The notes beneath the pieces are model-generated. The model was not told the DNA's origin and ran no database searches. It saw only the letters and a list, made by a program, of their open reading frames with translations. A stretch of DNA of 64,000 nucleotides, taken from the IMG/VR virus record IMGVR_UViG_3300044846_001307, positions 1 to 64,000 of that record. One strand, given 5' to 3'. Positions within the stretch are counted from its first letter, which is position 1; the number at the start of each line of letters is the position of its first letter. The stretch is from a virus. Made by a program: the position numbers and the translations under genes. This document shows, piece after piece, positions 51,203 through 62,000 of this stretch.

Positions 51203-54200
51203 TAGTAAAAATGGAAGCCATGAACTAATGTCAATATAACCACTGTTTTCACGTACTGAACCACCTTTTTTTGTTGTTTGTTGTGATCCATAAACATTAT
51301 TAATTATGTTTGGATCCGGTGCAGTATTAGTACCACCTCCACTTCCTCCAGTTCTAGCACAGTCTCTTAGTAGTGCTTCACTCATACCTGGATTGTTTGC
51401 TTTACATGCATCATATGCTTTTTGCCAACTACTAGTATTATTACTTCCTTGACCAGTAACTGTTTTATCAGTAGGTCTAAAATCCATACGTCCACCAGAA
51501 GGTGCATTAACAGCATAGTTAGGGTACATCTGGTTTAATGCATCTGTTTTCCATTTATTAGTAATACCCTGTGTATAATAGTTTCTAACATTATTTCTCA
51601 TTGCTAATTTAGCATTGTCAAACTGTTGATTAGCAACTGTATTTTGATCATACAATCTTTGATTAGTTGCTTGATTCAACATACTACTTTGATTTCTAAT
51701 ATCATTTGCTTTTAATTCAAATTGATTAGCAATATTGACATTGGCATTATTATACTTAGCTAGTATATCAGCAGCATTTTTAGCAGCAGCACCTTGAACA
51801 CCTGATGATCTTAAACCTTGAGGACCAGCAAACTGTGCTAAAGCATTTGTCTGAATAGCTGCTTGTTCAGCATTAGTACCAAGTTCTTTTGTAGGATCTT
51901 GAAACACAGGTCTAGGTACACCCATTGATAATGGAGGAGCTGCCGGCATTCTTTTCTTAAGACCCATCAGATCTCCAAATGCACCTGTAGTTTTAATAGT
52001 ATCTTGTAACCACATTCCAGGAGGTTCACCCGGTACAGGAATAGTTGTATCATCTGTACAAGGAGGACAATTACCATTTTGATCAGCAGTCATCTCTAAT
52101 ACAGTACCATCAGCTTTTTGACATGGACATGTTTTAGGTTTTGCTGGTTCACATGTACAGTTGTTTTGAGCATCTTTTGGTTTATAATTTGGTTTATTTG
52201 GATCATCACATTGACATGGACCACCTTCTGGTAGATCTTCAAATTCTAAATTTCTTTTACCAACCATATATTTATGACCAGCTGTTGTATCACCATATGT
52301 AGTATAAGTACCTCTTTTTGAACCATACCAATTTTTATCATTATAATCATATGTATCATCAAGAGGAGAAATTTTATTACCTATTGGACCATATAATGCA
52401 CCCATAGATGTTTCATCTGCTGCTCCTGAATGTACAAGACTAACATTACCTAAAAAATTATCCATTGCATATTTTGCATCAGGATCATTATTATAAGAAC
52501 CACTTTCAAAATCTTTATATGCTTTTGCATAAGCATGCATAGTAGATTGTTGTAATAATCTATCTTTTCCTTTAGGTTCTAATGGTACATTAAGTTTATC
52601 TGACATTGCTGCTACAGTGGTATAACCGGCATCAGTCATACGTTTTGTTTCAGCTTGAGCTTCAGATAATGTATAAGGTTTACCTGTTTTTGGATTTATA
52701 TATTTTTCATCTAAAATTTCTTGAGGAGTATCCAGTCTATTACCTATATCAGAAAACAATTGCGGATCTACTTCATTAGCTTCAAACATTAAATTTCTTT
52801 TCTGATGCATTAAAGCTGCATTTATAACTTCATCATCTGTTGGTAAATCTCCATATTTAACAGACCATTTTCTATTTGGATCTATAGATGTAGAAGTTTT
52901 ACCTTTCCATGCTGCTGGATCATCAACAATTTGTTTTGTATTTTTTATAATCTCAGCTCTAACGGTTGGGTTATTAAGATTATCTTTAATTAACATGTAT
53001 TGAGAAGCTGCCACTCTTCCTGTAGGTGTATCTGGAAAACCATCTAAGCCATCTGCTTTAATATCAGATCCACTAGGAATTGTAAAACCAGAACTTTTTA
53101 ATTTTTGAGTCTTAACTTTTCCATCTTCTCCTTTACGTGTTACTTGTATTTCAGCATTTTTATCTTTATCTTTTGCATTCCATATAGCTCTCTGAAGTTG
53201 ATCTTCAGTCATATTAGTTGCATCAATAATTACAGGTCCACCTTGTGTAGTTGCTATACCATCTCTAGCTTTAACCATACGTGTTATTGGACCTGATGCA
53301 GGAATTCTTTTTGGTCTACCTTGATAGTTTTGAGACATACCTGCACCCATTGACATACCATACTCTGCTTCTGGCATATCATAGAAAGGCATATCATAAC
53401 CACCCATAGACATTCCATAGGCAGCCATTGGTGGTGCCATTTGTTCTTCTTCCATAGGAGGTTGTTGACCCATTGCTTGTTCTTGTCCACCTTGACCTTG
53501 GGACATTACTGATTGAATAAGACCCACAGCCTCTTCTTGAGAAACACCCAATTGAGTAAATACTTGTACTACAGCTTCAGGTGGAAGACCATTCTGTAAT
53601 AAACTCATAACAACTTCAGCAGGTTCAGCACCTCTTTGTAAAGCACCTTGAACCTCTTGCATGATTTCCATCATCTGATCTTGACCACCTTGTGCACCTT
53701 GTGCACCTTGTTGTTCTATCATTGCCATTTCTTCAGGAGATGGTTGTTGCATACCTTCTGCAGCTCTTCTTAATCTTCTCATACCACCACCATACATCAT
53801 CATTTCTTCTTGAGACATTTGTGGTTGTTGAGCTTGTGCAACAGGTTGACCTTGGTTCATTTCCTCAGCTTGCATCATTTGATTCTGATCATACTCTGAT
53901 TCCATTGTCTGATCTGAATTCTCCTGTTGTTTCATTTGTTTTTTCAACTGATCATTTAATGCACTGATTTCTTTAGCAGGTAGAATTTGTTCTTCTGTAA
54001 GACCTCTTGCTTCCATACAAGGTTTAGCTACAGCAGGAATTCCTTGAGGAAAACCTTTCATTGATTCTTGAGCTAATGCTAAACAACCTAACTTAATGAC
54101 ATACTTCTTCATCATCAACTCAGCTGATTTTCTTTCTATAGCATCAGTATCAGGATCTTCTAAGATTTTTCTATACTTCTGTAAGTCATATTGTTTTGCA

Positions 54201-54601
54201 AGTTCTGCAGGAGTGTATGATTTGTTTATACCACCTTTACCAAACATAGCAAGTACAGCTGGATCTTTTATTCTCATACCTCTAGTATCACTAAAAATAA
54301 AAGTATCCTCAGGTAAATTTAATGGTACTCCACCATTATGGTGTCTTGGACCTTTAATGATTTGTTGTTCTGGCATTCCATCACCATTGATGTCTCCATA
54401 TACAGTTTCTCCACCCTCTGCTTCTAAGTTAGCTTCATCTCTTGGTACGGCAGTAATATACTTACTAGCTATAAGTTTAGGCTTCCCTATATAAGCATTA
54501 TAGTCTGCTCCACCCATTGCTGGAACATCATTTACTAAAGCACCTTGGACTTGATATCCTGTTTTTGCTTGAGGTAATTTTTTAATTCTAACTTTTATCA
54601 T
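51200..54601 (-). CDS. modular putative virion cargo protein
   Basis: EAEGGE...GPRHHNGGV...IFSD domain, Gln/Met-rich region, Cys-rich segment and repeated AxxG/xxGG motifs. Confidence 0.75.
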   Translation of the reverse strand: MIKVRIKKLPQAKTGYQVQGALVNDVPAMGGADYNAYIGKPKLIASKYITAVPRDEANLEAEGGETVYGDINGDGMPEQQIIKGPRHHNGGVPLNLPEDTFIFSDTRGMRIKDPAVLAMFGKGGINKSYTPAELAKQYDLQKYRKILEDPDTDAIERKSAELMMKKYVIKLGCLALAQESMKGFPQGIPAVAKPCMEARGLTEEQILPAKEISALNDQLKKQMKQQENSDQTMESEYDQNQMMQAEEMNQGQPVAQAQQPQMSQEEMMMYGGGMRRLRRAAEGMQQPSPEEMAMIEQQGAQGAQGGQDQMMEIMQEVQGALQRGAEPAEVVMSLLQNGLPPEAVVQVFTQLGVSQEEAVGLIQSVMSQGQGGQEQAMGQQPPMEEEQMAPPMAAYGMSMGGYDMPFYDMPEAEYGMSMGAGMSQNYQGRPKRIPASGPITRMVKARDGIATTQGGPVIIDATNMTEDQLQRAIWNAKDKDKNAEIQVTRKGEDGKVKTQKLKSSGFTIPSGSDIKADGLDGFPDTPTGRVAASQYMLIKDNLNNPTVRAEIIKNTKQIVDDPAAWKGKTSTSIDPNRKWSVKYGDLPTDDEVINAALMHQKRNLMFEANEVDPQLFSDIGNRLDTPQEILDEKYINPKTGKPYTLSEAQAETKRMTDAGYTTVAAMSDKLNVPLEPKGKDRLLQQSTMHAYAKAYKDFESGSYNNDPDAKYAMDNFLGNVSLVHSGAADETSMGALYGPIGNKISPLDDTYDYNDKNWYGSKRGTYTTYGDTTAGHKYMVGKRNLEFEDLPEGGPCQCDDPNKPNYKPKDAQNNCTCEPAKPKTCPCQKADGTVLEMTADQNGNCPPCTDDTTIPVPGEPPGMWLQDTIKTTGAFGDLMGLKKRMPAAPPLSMGVPRPVFQDPTKELGTNAEQAAIQTNALAQFAGPQGLRSSGVQGAAAKNAADILAKYNNANVNIANQFELKANDIRNQSSMLNQATNQRLYDQNTVANQQFDNAKLAMRNNVRNYYTQGITNKWKTDALNQMYPNYAVNAPSGGRMDFRPTDKTVTGQGSNNTSSWQKAYDACKANNPGMSEALLRDCARTGGSGGGTNTAPDPNIINNVYGSQQTTKKGGSVRENSGYIDISSWLPFLL

Positions 54602-54609
54602 CGGGTTCT

Positions 54610-57600
54610 TTATAAATATTCAACTTGTCCTCCTGCTGCTAAGAATTGTTCTAATTCTTCTGGAGTCATATATACTTCTTCATCATCCATGTAACCACCA
54701 TCTTGCATGTAACCACCATATTGAGCAGCATTACTGTTTGCATAATTACCAAAGGTTGCTCTACTGTTTCTGTCTGATCCCATTTCATCGTATCTAAACA
54801 TACCAGTTTTACTACCTATATCTCCCCAATCTCCCTTATCAGTTTGATTAGATGCCATTACATTAGCCATTGGATCAAACTTGTCTAACAACATATTGTT
54901 TTCAATTGGATTGTTTTGCATTCTTTCCATAAAACCTAGACCTGCATTAGCCATTGAATTAAATGCATTAACTCCTGCTTCACCATCAAAGTTTCTAGCT
55001 GTTTTACGTTGTCTTTCTACACCAACATACTGATTTGGATTAGGTTGAGGTGCTGGCTCTTGAGGTATAATTTCTTGACCTTGGTTACCTAATGTATGAC
55101 CAGTATTTGCAGTTTCAGCATAAGAACCTGTCCCAGTCTGAGTTATAAAGTTGAATGGGTTTTGTTGTTGTGGCATTTTGTTAGGAGCTTGTGCACCAAA
55201 CAGATCATTTTCAAATTGAGATTGTTGAGAATAAGGATTATATCCTGCTTGATTTTGACCAGCTCCCATACCAAAACCAGTACCTACTTCAAATGCACCA
55301 CCCATTCTTTTAAAAGAAGGATTTTTTATTCTATCAACTAATGTTTTAAGAGTACCATATGCATTCTTTACATTATCAACTGCATCTCTAGCACCATAAT
55401 AAACTTGATCAGTATTGTATCTAGCACCACGTCCTTGTTCATATCTCTCAGCTTGTCTTAGATTTCTTTGACCTCTTCTAGTTTGCTCATCCCACTCTTC
55501 ATCACTAAATTGGAATCTTTCTTTTGCTTGATCTTCTAAACGATCTCTTCTACTTGTCTTTTCAGGCTTGTCATTGTTTTTGTAATTAACCATTGACCAA
55601 CCATCTTGAAGTGCATCTTTTACCATTTTTTTATCAAGACGACCAAGATTAGACTTGTTTCCAGAACCTCTACGGTTATCTAACATACCCTCAAGGTTTT
55701 GTAAATCACCCATAGGAACTCCAGTACCATCACCATCTACTTGATAGATGTCAATCCATTTTTTTCTACCACCTAATAAACCTTTCTTAGTAGTGTAACT
55801 TGCAACAGGTTTGTCTGGTATAAGACCATTATAAGATCTACCATCATTTAAATAATATGGAGAACCTTTTTGTTTAACCCATGATCCTGCAGCACCAAAC
55901 ACTGGATTCCACGGAACTAAGTTACGACCATAACCACCTGGATTTCTAACCTGTGTATACTTATAGTTCATTTTAGCTATTGGAATACACATGTTGTATT
56001 TGTCATTCCAAACTGTACCAGGACCACACTGAGTTTTCTTTGATTGCAAGCTTGCACTTGAATTTGATACACAAGCAGATCCATTCCAAGTATATCCTGC
56101 TGGACACTTCTGAGTACTTCCTTCTTCTTCTTGTTCTTCACCACCTATATTAGTATAATCTTTCAATGCTTCATCATAAAAATTTTGATAATCATCATAT
56201 GTCCTATCATCTAATTTAACATCAACATCATAGTCCCCATCTGGATTAGCAGCTTCCCAATCTTCTCTTTCACTTTTTCTATTTAATATTTCATTATCTG
56301 CCCATTCTTGATAATTCATTTTATCTTGCATACCTCTTAGCTCTCCAGCTTTGTTAGTAATAGTAATACCATCTCTAGCTTGTTCTAAATCATATGGTTC
56401 ATAGTATTCACTCTCATCACCACCATAAATAAATTTAACAAGTGGTTCTTCAGCATTCATATCTACAAATCCACCAAATGCTGCAGTAAAATCTGTATTC
56501 ATTGGTTCTTCTTCAGCAAGATTTTCTTTATAACCATCTTGCGTTAACATGTTTAGAATCTTTGGATTACCCTGAGCATTCTTATAAATATCTTTTGATA
56601 TAGCTTTATTAGAATTAGTTTTTAATGTACTAATGAAAGAGTTTTTCATGTTAGCAACATCATCTGTCAAAGTATCTTTTCTATTACCTTTACCTAATGC
56701 TTCAGTATCACCACCTTCTGCATACATTGAAACCATTTTTTTAATAAATCTGTTTTCAGAAACACCACCTTTTGCAAAATCATCAGGTAATACTTGGTTT
56801 TGTAAATTTGGGTTTACAACATTTGAATCTTGGTATCTATAATAGTTATAGTCACTAGGAGTTTGTCCTTTTAAGAATTTTAAACTATCTGGTGTCCGTA
56901 ATGAATTCGGATCAATAGTACCATCTTCTCTAATAGGAGTAGGGTCTAAAACTCTACTTGGCCCTACATCAGTACCACATGTACATTTACCAAGAGCATT
57001 TTTAGGTTGGAAGTTTGGTAAATTACGATCCTCACATTGACACGGATGTGCTAATGCATCATATGTTTGATAACCTAGATAACCTAAACCACCACCAATA
57101 AGTGTAGTCTTTAAACCTAATCTATACTTATAGTTAATAGCATTCTTAATATCAGATGCTGTTTGTGAATAAGGTATAGCAGCAGGGTCTTGAATGTTTG
57201 GTCCAAGAGCCATGTTTGCATAACCATATACAGGTTGATCAATATTTTCAATTCCTTTTGCACCAGTTCTGAATAATTGGTTTAATCCAGTTGTTCCATA
57301 TGTTTCTAAACCTCTACCAATTTTTCCTCTGTTACTTAAAGTATCCCATGTAGATGGTGGTAGACCTGTTATATCAACTTTGTTTACACCTTTAAAATCA
57401 TCCATGTAATTAGGAAAAGGAGTTGTTCCAAAATCTTTTAATAACAACTCATTCATGCTACCTGTAAATGAAGAACCAATTGGTCTTGTAACTCTTGATT
57501 TTGTTTGAACACCCATTGTTAATGGATTACCTAATGGATCAAATACATTTAATCCACCTGTCTCAGGGTCTTGATTGTAATAAAATCTATTTTTAAATGT

Positions 57601-58950
57601 AACTTCTTTAGCTTTAGGAGGTGTTGTACCAAAAGGTAAATTTTGGTTAGGACCAAAAGTATGTTTAAACTCAAAAAATTTATTACCAGCATCATCTTCA
57701 CCACCAATAACTTTTGTTTGAGGAGGGTAAATACCACTAATCAAACCTTCTTGTTGAGACATGTTACCGTAAAGGTCTTCTAATGTAAAAGGTTCATTAT
57801 TGGTTCTTTCTAATTGCATTATTAAATCTTGAACATCTGCTTGATCTAATACTAACCTATCAGCTTGTAAGCTACCATCAGTTCCACCAGCATATGTCCC
57901 ATTCTGACTAAACACTCCTGTTTTTGGAGTAGCTCCATTAATAACATTCCAAAGCTCAGTTCTATTCTGTGTAAATGGAGTAGCTAATTTTGGAGCAAAC
58001 TTTGCTCCTACATAAGGTAACCTAGTCATTGCATCACCAATACCTGTAAATACAGGTAATGCTTTACGTACTGTAGATAAATTAGATAAAGGATTTGCTT
58101 TGTTAGCATATCCAATAGTTGGAACATACTCAGCTAATTTTTGAAGTGCATTTTTAACAGGAGGTGTATTTAATCCATATTGTGCTCTTGGTAAATAATC
58201 TTGAGGTTGGTAAGAATCAGATGCACTTCTGTAATCACCTAAGTAATAAGATAGATCTGGAGTTGCTGGCATCTGTTGTGCACCTGGTGTCATAGCAATT
58301 AAATCTTCCATAGAGAAAGGTTTTCCTTCAGGTGTTTTCCCCGGTGTACCATACTGATTTATTACAGTTTGTTCTCTACTTGGTTGTTGGTTAGGGTTCA
58401 TATCTTCAAATTCAGGATACTCTCCACCATCATCAAAGTAACCACCATATTTAAAAGCTTGTTCTTCTTCATCCTGTGTCATTTCTAAAGCAGAATTCTG
58501 ATTCATTTGTGCATCTTCCTCATCATATAAACCACCATCAGAAATTGCTAGTTCTTCTTGCTCTGCATCTGAAGCTGCTCTTTCATTATCTTCATCTGTT
58601 TGTTGCTGTGGATTAGCTGGTTCTTCTGTTTGAGTTTTATCTTCAACTAATTCTGGATCAACATAACCTTCTTCTGCAAGTTTACTCATAGCAGATTTAA
58701 TAAGCATTATAGATGTATTCTCATCTAATGCATACTCATTAATAAGTTGATTAAATAACATATCAGGTGTAGCATCATTTTTTAATGATATATAAACCTG
58801 ATCATATATTTGATTTAGTTTAGCCGGATCCATACTTGGAGTTCCTACTTCCATACCCATAGCTGCTTTTTCTAAAAACTTAGCAGTTTTGTTATAGTAC
58901 CCTGGAGTTTCACCTGGAAGTGCTTTTCTAATCCTTACTTGCTTCTTCAT
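54610..58950 (-). CDS. modular putative virion cargo protein
   Basis: 1446 aa with many AxxG/xxGG motifs and three Cys micro-domains. Confidence 0.75.
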   Translation of the reverse strand: MKKQVRIRKALPGETPGYYNKTAKFLEKAAMGMEVGTPSMDPAKLNQIYDQVYISLKNDATPDMLFNQLINEYALDENTSIMLIKSAMSKLAEEGYVDPELVEDKTQTEEPANPQQQTDEDNERAASDAEQEELAISDGGLYDEEDAQMNQNSALEMTQDEEEQAFKYGGYFDDGGEYPEFEDMNPNQQPSREQTVINQYGTPGKTPEGKPFSMEDLIAMTPGAQQMPATPDLSYYLGDYRSASDSYQPQDYLPRAQYGLNTPPVKNALQKLAEYVPTIGYANKANPLSNLSTVRKALPVFTGIGDAMTRLPYVGAKFAPKLATPFTQNRTELWNVINGATPKTGVFSQNGTYAGGTDGSLQADRLVLDQADVQDLIMQLERTNNEPFTLEDLYGNMSQQEGLISGIYPPQTKVIGGEDDAGNKFFEFKHTFGPNQNLPFGTTPPKAKEVTFKNRFYYNQDPETGGLNVFDPLGNPLTMGVQTKSRVTRPIGSSFTGSMNELLLKDFGTTPFPNYMDDFKGVNKVDITGLPPSTWDTLSNRGKIGRGLETYGTTGLNQLFRTGAKGIENIDQPVYGYANMALGPNIQDPAAIPYSQTASDIKNAINYKYRLGLKTTLIGGGLGYLGYQTYDALAHPCQCEDRNLPNFQPKNALGKCTCGTDVGPSRVLDPTPIREDGTIDPNSLRTPDSLKFLKGQTPSDYNYYRYQDSNVVNPNLQNQVLPDDFAKGGVSENRFIKKMVSMYAEGGDTEALGKGNRKDTLTDDVANMKNSFISTLKTNSNKAISKDIYKNAQGNPKILNMLTQDGYKENLAEEEPMNTDFTAAFGGFVDMNAEEPLVKFIYGGDESEYYEPYDLEQARDGITITNKAGELRGMQDKMNYQEWADNEILNRKSEREDWEAANPDGDYDVDVKLDDRTYDDYQNFYDEALKDYTNIGGEEQEEEGSTQKCPAGYTWNGSACVSNSSASLQSKKTQCGPGTVWNDKYNMCIPIAKMNYKYTQVRNPGGYGRNLVPWNPVFGAAGSWVKQKGSPYYLNDGRSYNGLIPDKPVASYTTKKGLLGGRKKWIDIYQVDGDGTGVPMGDLQNLEGMLDNRRGSGNKSNLGRLDKKMVKDALQDGWSMVNYKNNDKPEKTSRRDRLEDQAKERFQFSDEEWDEQTRRGQRNLRQAERYEQGRGARYNTDQVYYGARDAVDNVKNAYGTLKTLVDRIKNPSFKRMGGAFEVGTGFGMGAGQNQAGYNPYSQQSQFENDLFGAQAPNKMPQQQNPFNFITQTGTGSYAETANTGHTLGNQGQEIIPQEPAPQPNPNQYVGVERQRKTARNFDGEAGVNAFNSMANAGLGFMERMQNNPIENNMLLDKFDPMANVMASNQTDKGDWGDIGSKTGMFRYDEMGSDRNSRATFGNYANSNAAQYGGYMQDGGYMDDEEVYMTPEELEQFLAAGGQVEYL

Positions 58951-58965
58951 AACATGTTATATATA

Positions 58966-59010
58966 TAAATATACTAAATTTTAATTTAATCAATACACTT
59001 TAAAAGTTTA
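58966..59010 (-). promoter_or_regulatory. conserved 45-nt intergenic element, copy 2 (candidate phage promoter)
   Basis: TAAACTTTTAAAGTGTA...TATATTTA. Confidence 0.55.
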
Positions 59011-62000
59011 CTCATCCTCAATGATATAACCATCTTTAATATACTGATCTATTTCTTTTTTAGATAACTTGGCTACCATACCACCTTTTTTATTTTTTGG
59101 TTTTACCCACGGGTTAGTTAATAACTCTTCAGCTTTACTATAAACTTTTTTAACAGGCTCTGTAACATATTCATCAAGATATTCTTGAGGTGCAGCCATA
59201 CCCATACCAGCAAGAGCTGCAGCATAAGCAGCACCATAACCATATCGTTCTATTAAACTTTGTAAATTTCCTCCTTGAGTTCTCCAATCAAACTCATCAT
59301 TTCTAAGTTTATCCATGTTAACAGGAATGTATCTATTAGAAAAAGGTAATCTTCTATGGAATGAAAGACCTGGTTCAGATAAAGGAATACTAGGCTTTCT
59401 ATTACCAAGAGCATCTGTAACTAAAACACCATTTCTATTAGACATTTTTTGAAAACTTATATCAGAACCAGGAACATTTCTATTAAATTGAGCACCAAAT
59501 ACTCCTGAATATTGTTCATTAGGTTCATTAAGTTCAGCCCAATTACCTTCAGACATAATTTGATTTTTACCCATTCTTAATAATGGACCAGCTGAAGGAT
59601 TTAATTCTCCAGACATTTTTACATAATCTAATGTATCACCAAATTTTCTAAATGCTGTACCATCCATAGGATTCATTTTTTCTCCATAGAAAGGAAGAGC
59701 ATTTAAAGGACTTCCTGTAAATGGACCCATTTTTTCAATGCTTGTACCAAACAAAGGTATCCTTACTGGATTTATCATTATAGGTGCTATATTTTTAGCT
59801 AATGAATTTACAGTACCTATAGTACCTATGTTAGCCATTCTTGCTGCAGTTTTACCTGATGCACCTAAAGATTGTAATCCTTTAACAATTGCACCAGTTC
59901 TAGCTTTAATTAAACCACCATCTGAATAACCTAACAAATTTGTATTCATTGGTTGTTGAGGTACTCTCCATCCAGGATTAACTTTATTAATATTAAACTC
60001 ACCAAAACCTAAACCTTTACTTAATGTATTAATAGGTTTTGTGATAGATTGAAATTTTGGTTGACCTATACCAGGAATAGCAGTACTTGGATTACCCATA
60101 AATATTCCAGATCCAGGTGTTGCAGCATTATATGTAAATGCATATCTACTTTCCGGACTAAGATTTGCTATCATAGTTCCCGGAGTTTTTAAAGTATTAA
60201 GTGTCTTAAAAGCATTTTTAGCAACTCCTACAGCAGGTAGTGCACCTAAAGCATCTAATGCAGCTGTACCATAGTTTCCTTTCTCAAAGTTATCATATGC
60301 ACTTTCAGCAAAAGCTGGTGCATTTGCATAGTAACTAAGTTGACTAATTGGATTATTAAATACATTAGACATAAGTGGTTTTATCAAATTGGGCTTATAC
60401 CATTTAGCACCTTTTGTAATTGCATTTAATCCTTTGATACCACCATATGTGGATCCAACATCCCATAATTCTTTCCCTACAGCAGGAAGAAACTCTCCTT
60501 TATCATAACCTTCTCTTAGATTGAAACCAATCTTAAATGGATTAAAAGGTTGTAAAAGAAAGTTAAAAGGACTCATTACACTTACAGGCATTGTACCTAA
60601 ATCCTCTCCTGTCTCATCTTCAATCTGTTTTCTTTGAGAATAGGTTAAATTTTTAGGTCCATCCCACATACCTTCTCTCGCATTCATTGCATAGTACATA
60701 CAATCAAAAGGATGTTTTAAACAATCTTTTACTTTAGCTCCAGTATTTTCATCAATATTAAATTGATTTCCTGAAACTTGTTTTATTGTGTCAGGATTTT
60801 TTTCATATAAAAGTCTAGCCTCTATACTGTTATTTAATATATCGGCATATGTTTCTTTTTTATCACCAGTTTTTTGTTCTAATAATTTTTGCATTGCTTG
60901 ACTAGGATCCTCTTGAAATGATTTTAATATTTCAAGTTTACTTTTTTGTGTAGAACCTGCATTATCTAATGCTTGTTTAAGAACTTGTTTAGTAGCATCT
61001 GATTGAAAATTTTGCATGTATGCTAAATAAGCATCATTAAAATCTTTAGCTTTAGCAGTATTTGCAGCAGCTAGTGCATTCTTTTGATTTAAAGTTTGGT
61101 TCAATAATGCATTGTTCTGTCTAACATTAGCCATAGCATCATCTTTTGCAAAAGTAAGTCCATCATACTGACCTGCTTTTCCATACTTATCCATCCAATC
61201 TGAATAAGCTTTCTCACCTCTTTCAGTTTTTTGAGATTGATAATTAATAAAATCTCCTAAGTTATTTGTACCACTATGATATCTCTTTTCCCATGCAGTC
61301 ATTGGGTCATCAGATTCTAAAAATATTTTACGATCCTGATCAACCTTAGCTCTATCAGTTCCGGGTATAGAATCTATATTTGAAACAAGACTTGCATATG
61401 CATCATCTATTATTTTATTTGTAGGTTTTTCAAATGTAGATTTTAAACCTGACTGTGTCCCTATTTTAGGAGAAAGTCCTTTAATAACTTGGTCTACAGG
61501 TTTACCTTGCTCAATGGCTTTTGTAAGTATACTCTTAGTTACTTCAGCTTCATAGTTAGCTTTAGCTGCTCCCATTAAATCTCCAAGTTGTTCTTTAACT
61601 TGTTTAGGATCTAAACCCCAATAGTTTTTAAATTGCTCTGCTTGAAAACCATTTGTAATAATTCTATCTTGAACTATGTTTTTAGGAAACAATTCTATAT
61701 AACCATCTTTCTTATGAACAAGAAAATTATTTTTTAACTCAGCTTCTTCTTCCGGTGAAACATTAGATTCTGGAATTTTTTTCCAAGGTTCAATTTTATC
61801 TTGTTTTTTAGATTTAGCAAATGTCTCACGATATTTATCACTCTCTTCTTTATACCATCTTTTTTGTTGTTCATTTGCTTTAGTACGTATATCATTTATG
61901 TCTTTAGCTAAAGCTGTATTTCTAGCTAATTGTTTAGCTTCAAAGTCTTTTTGTATTTGATTCATTTCTGCTTTAGAAGCAGCAATATATTCTGATTCAG

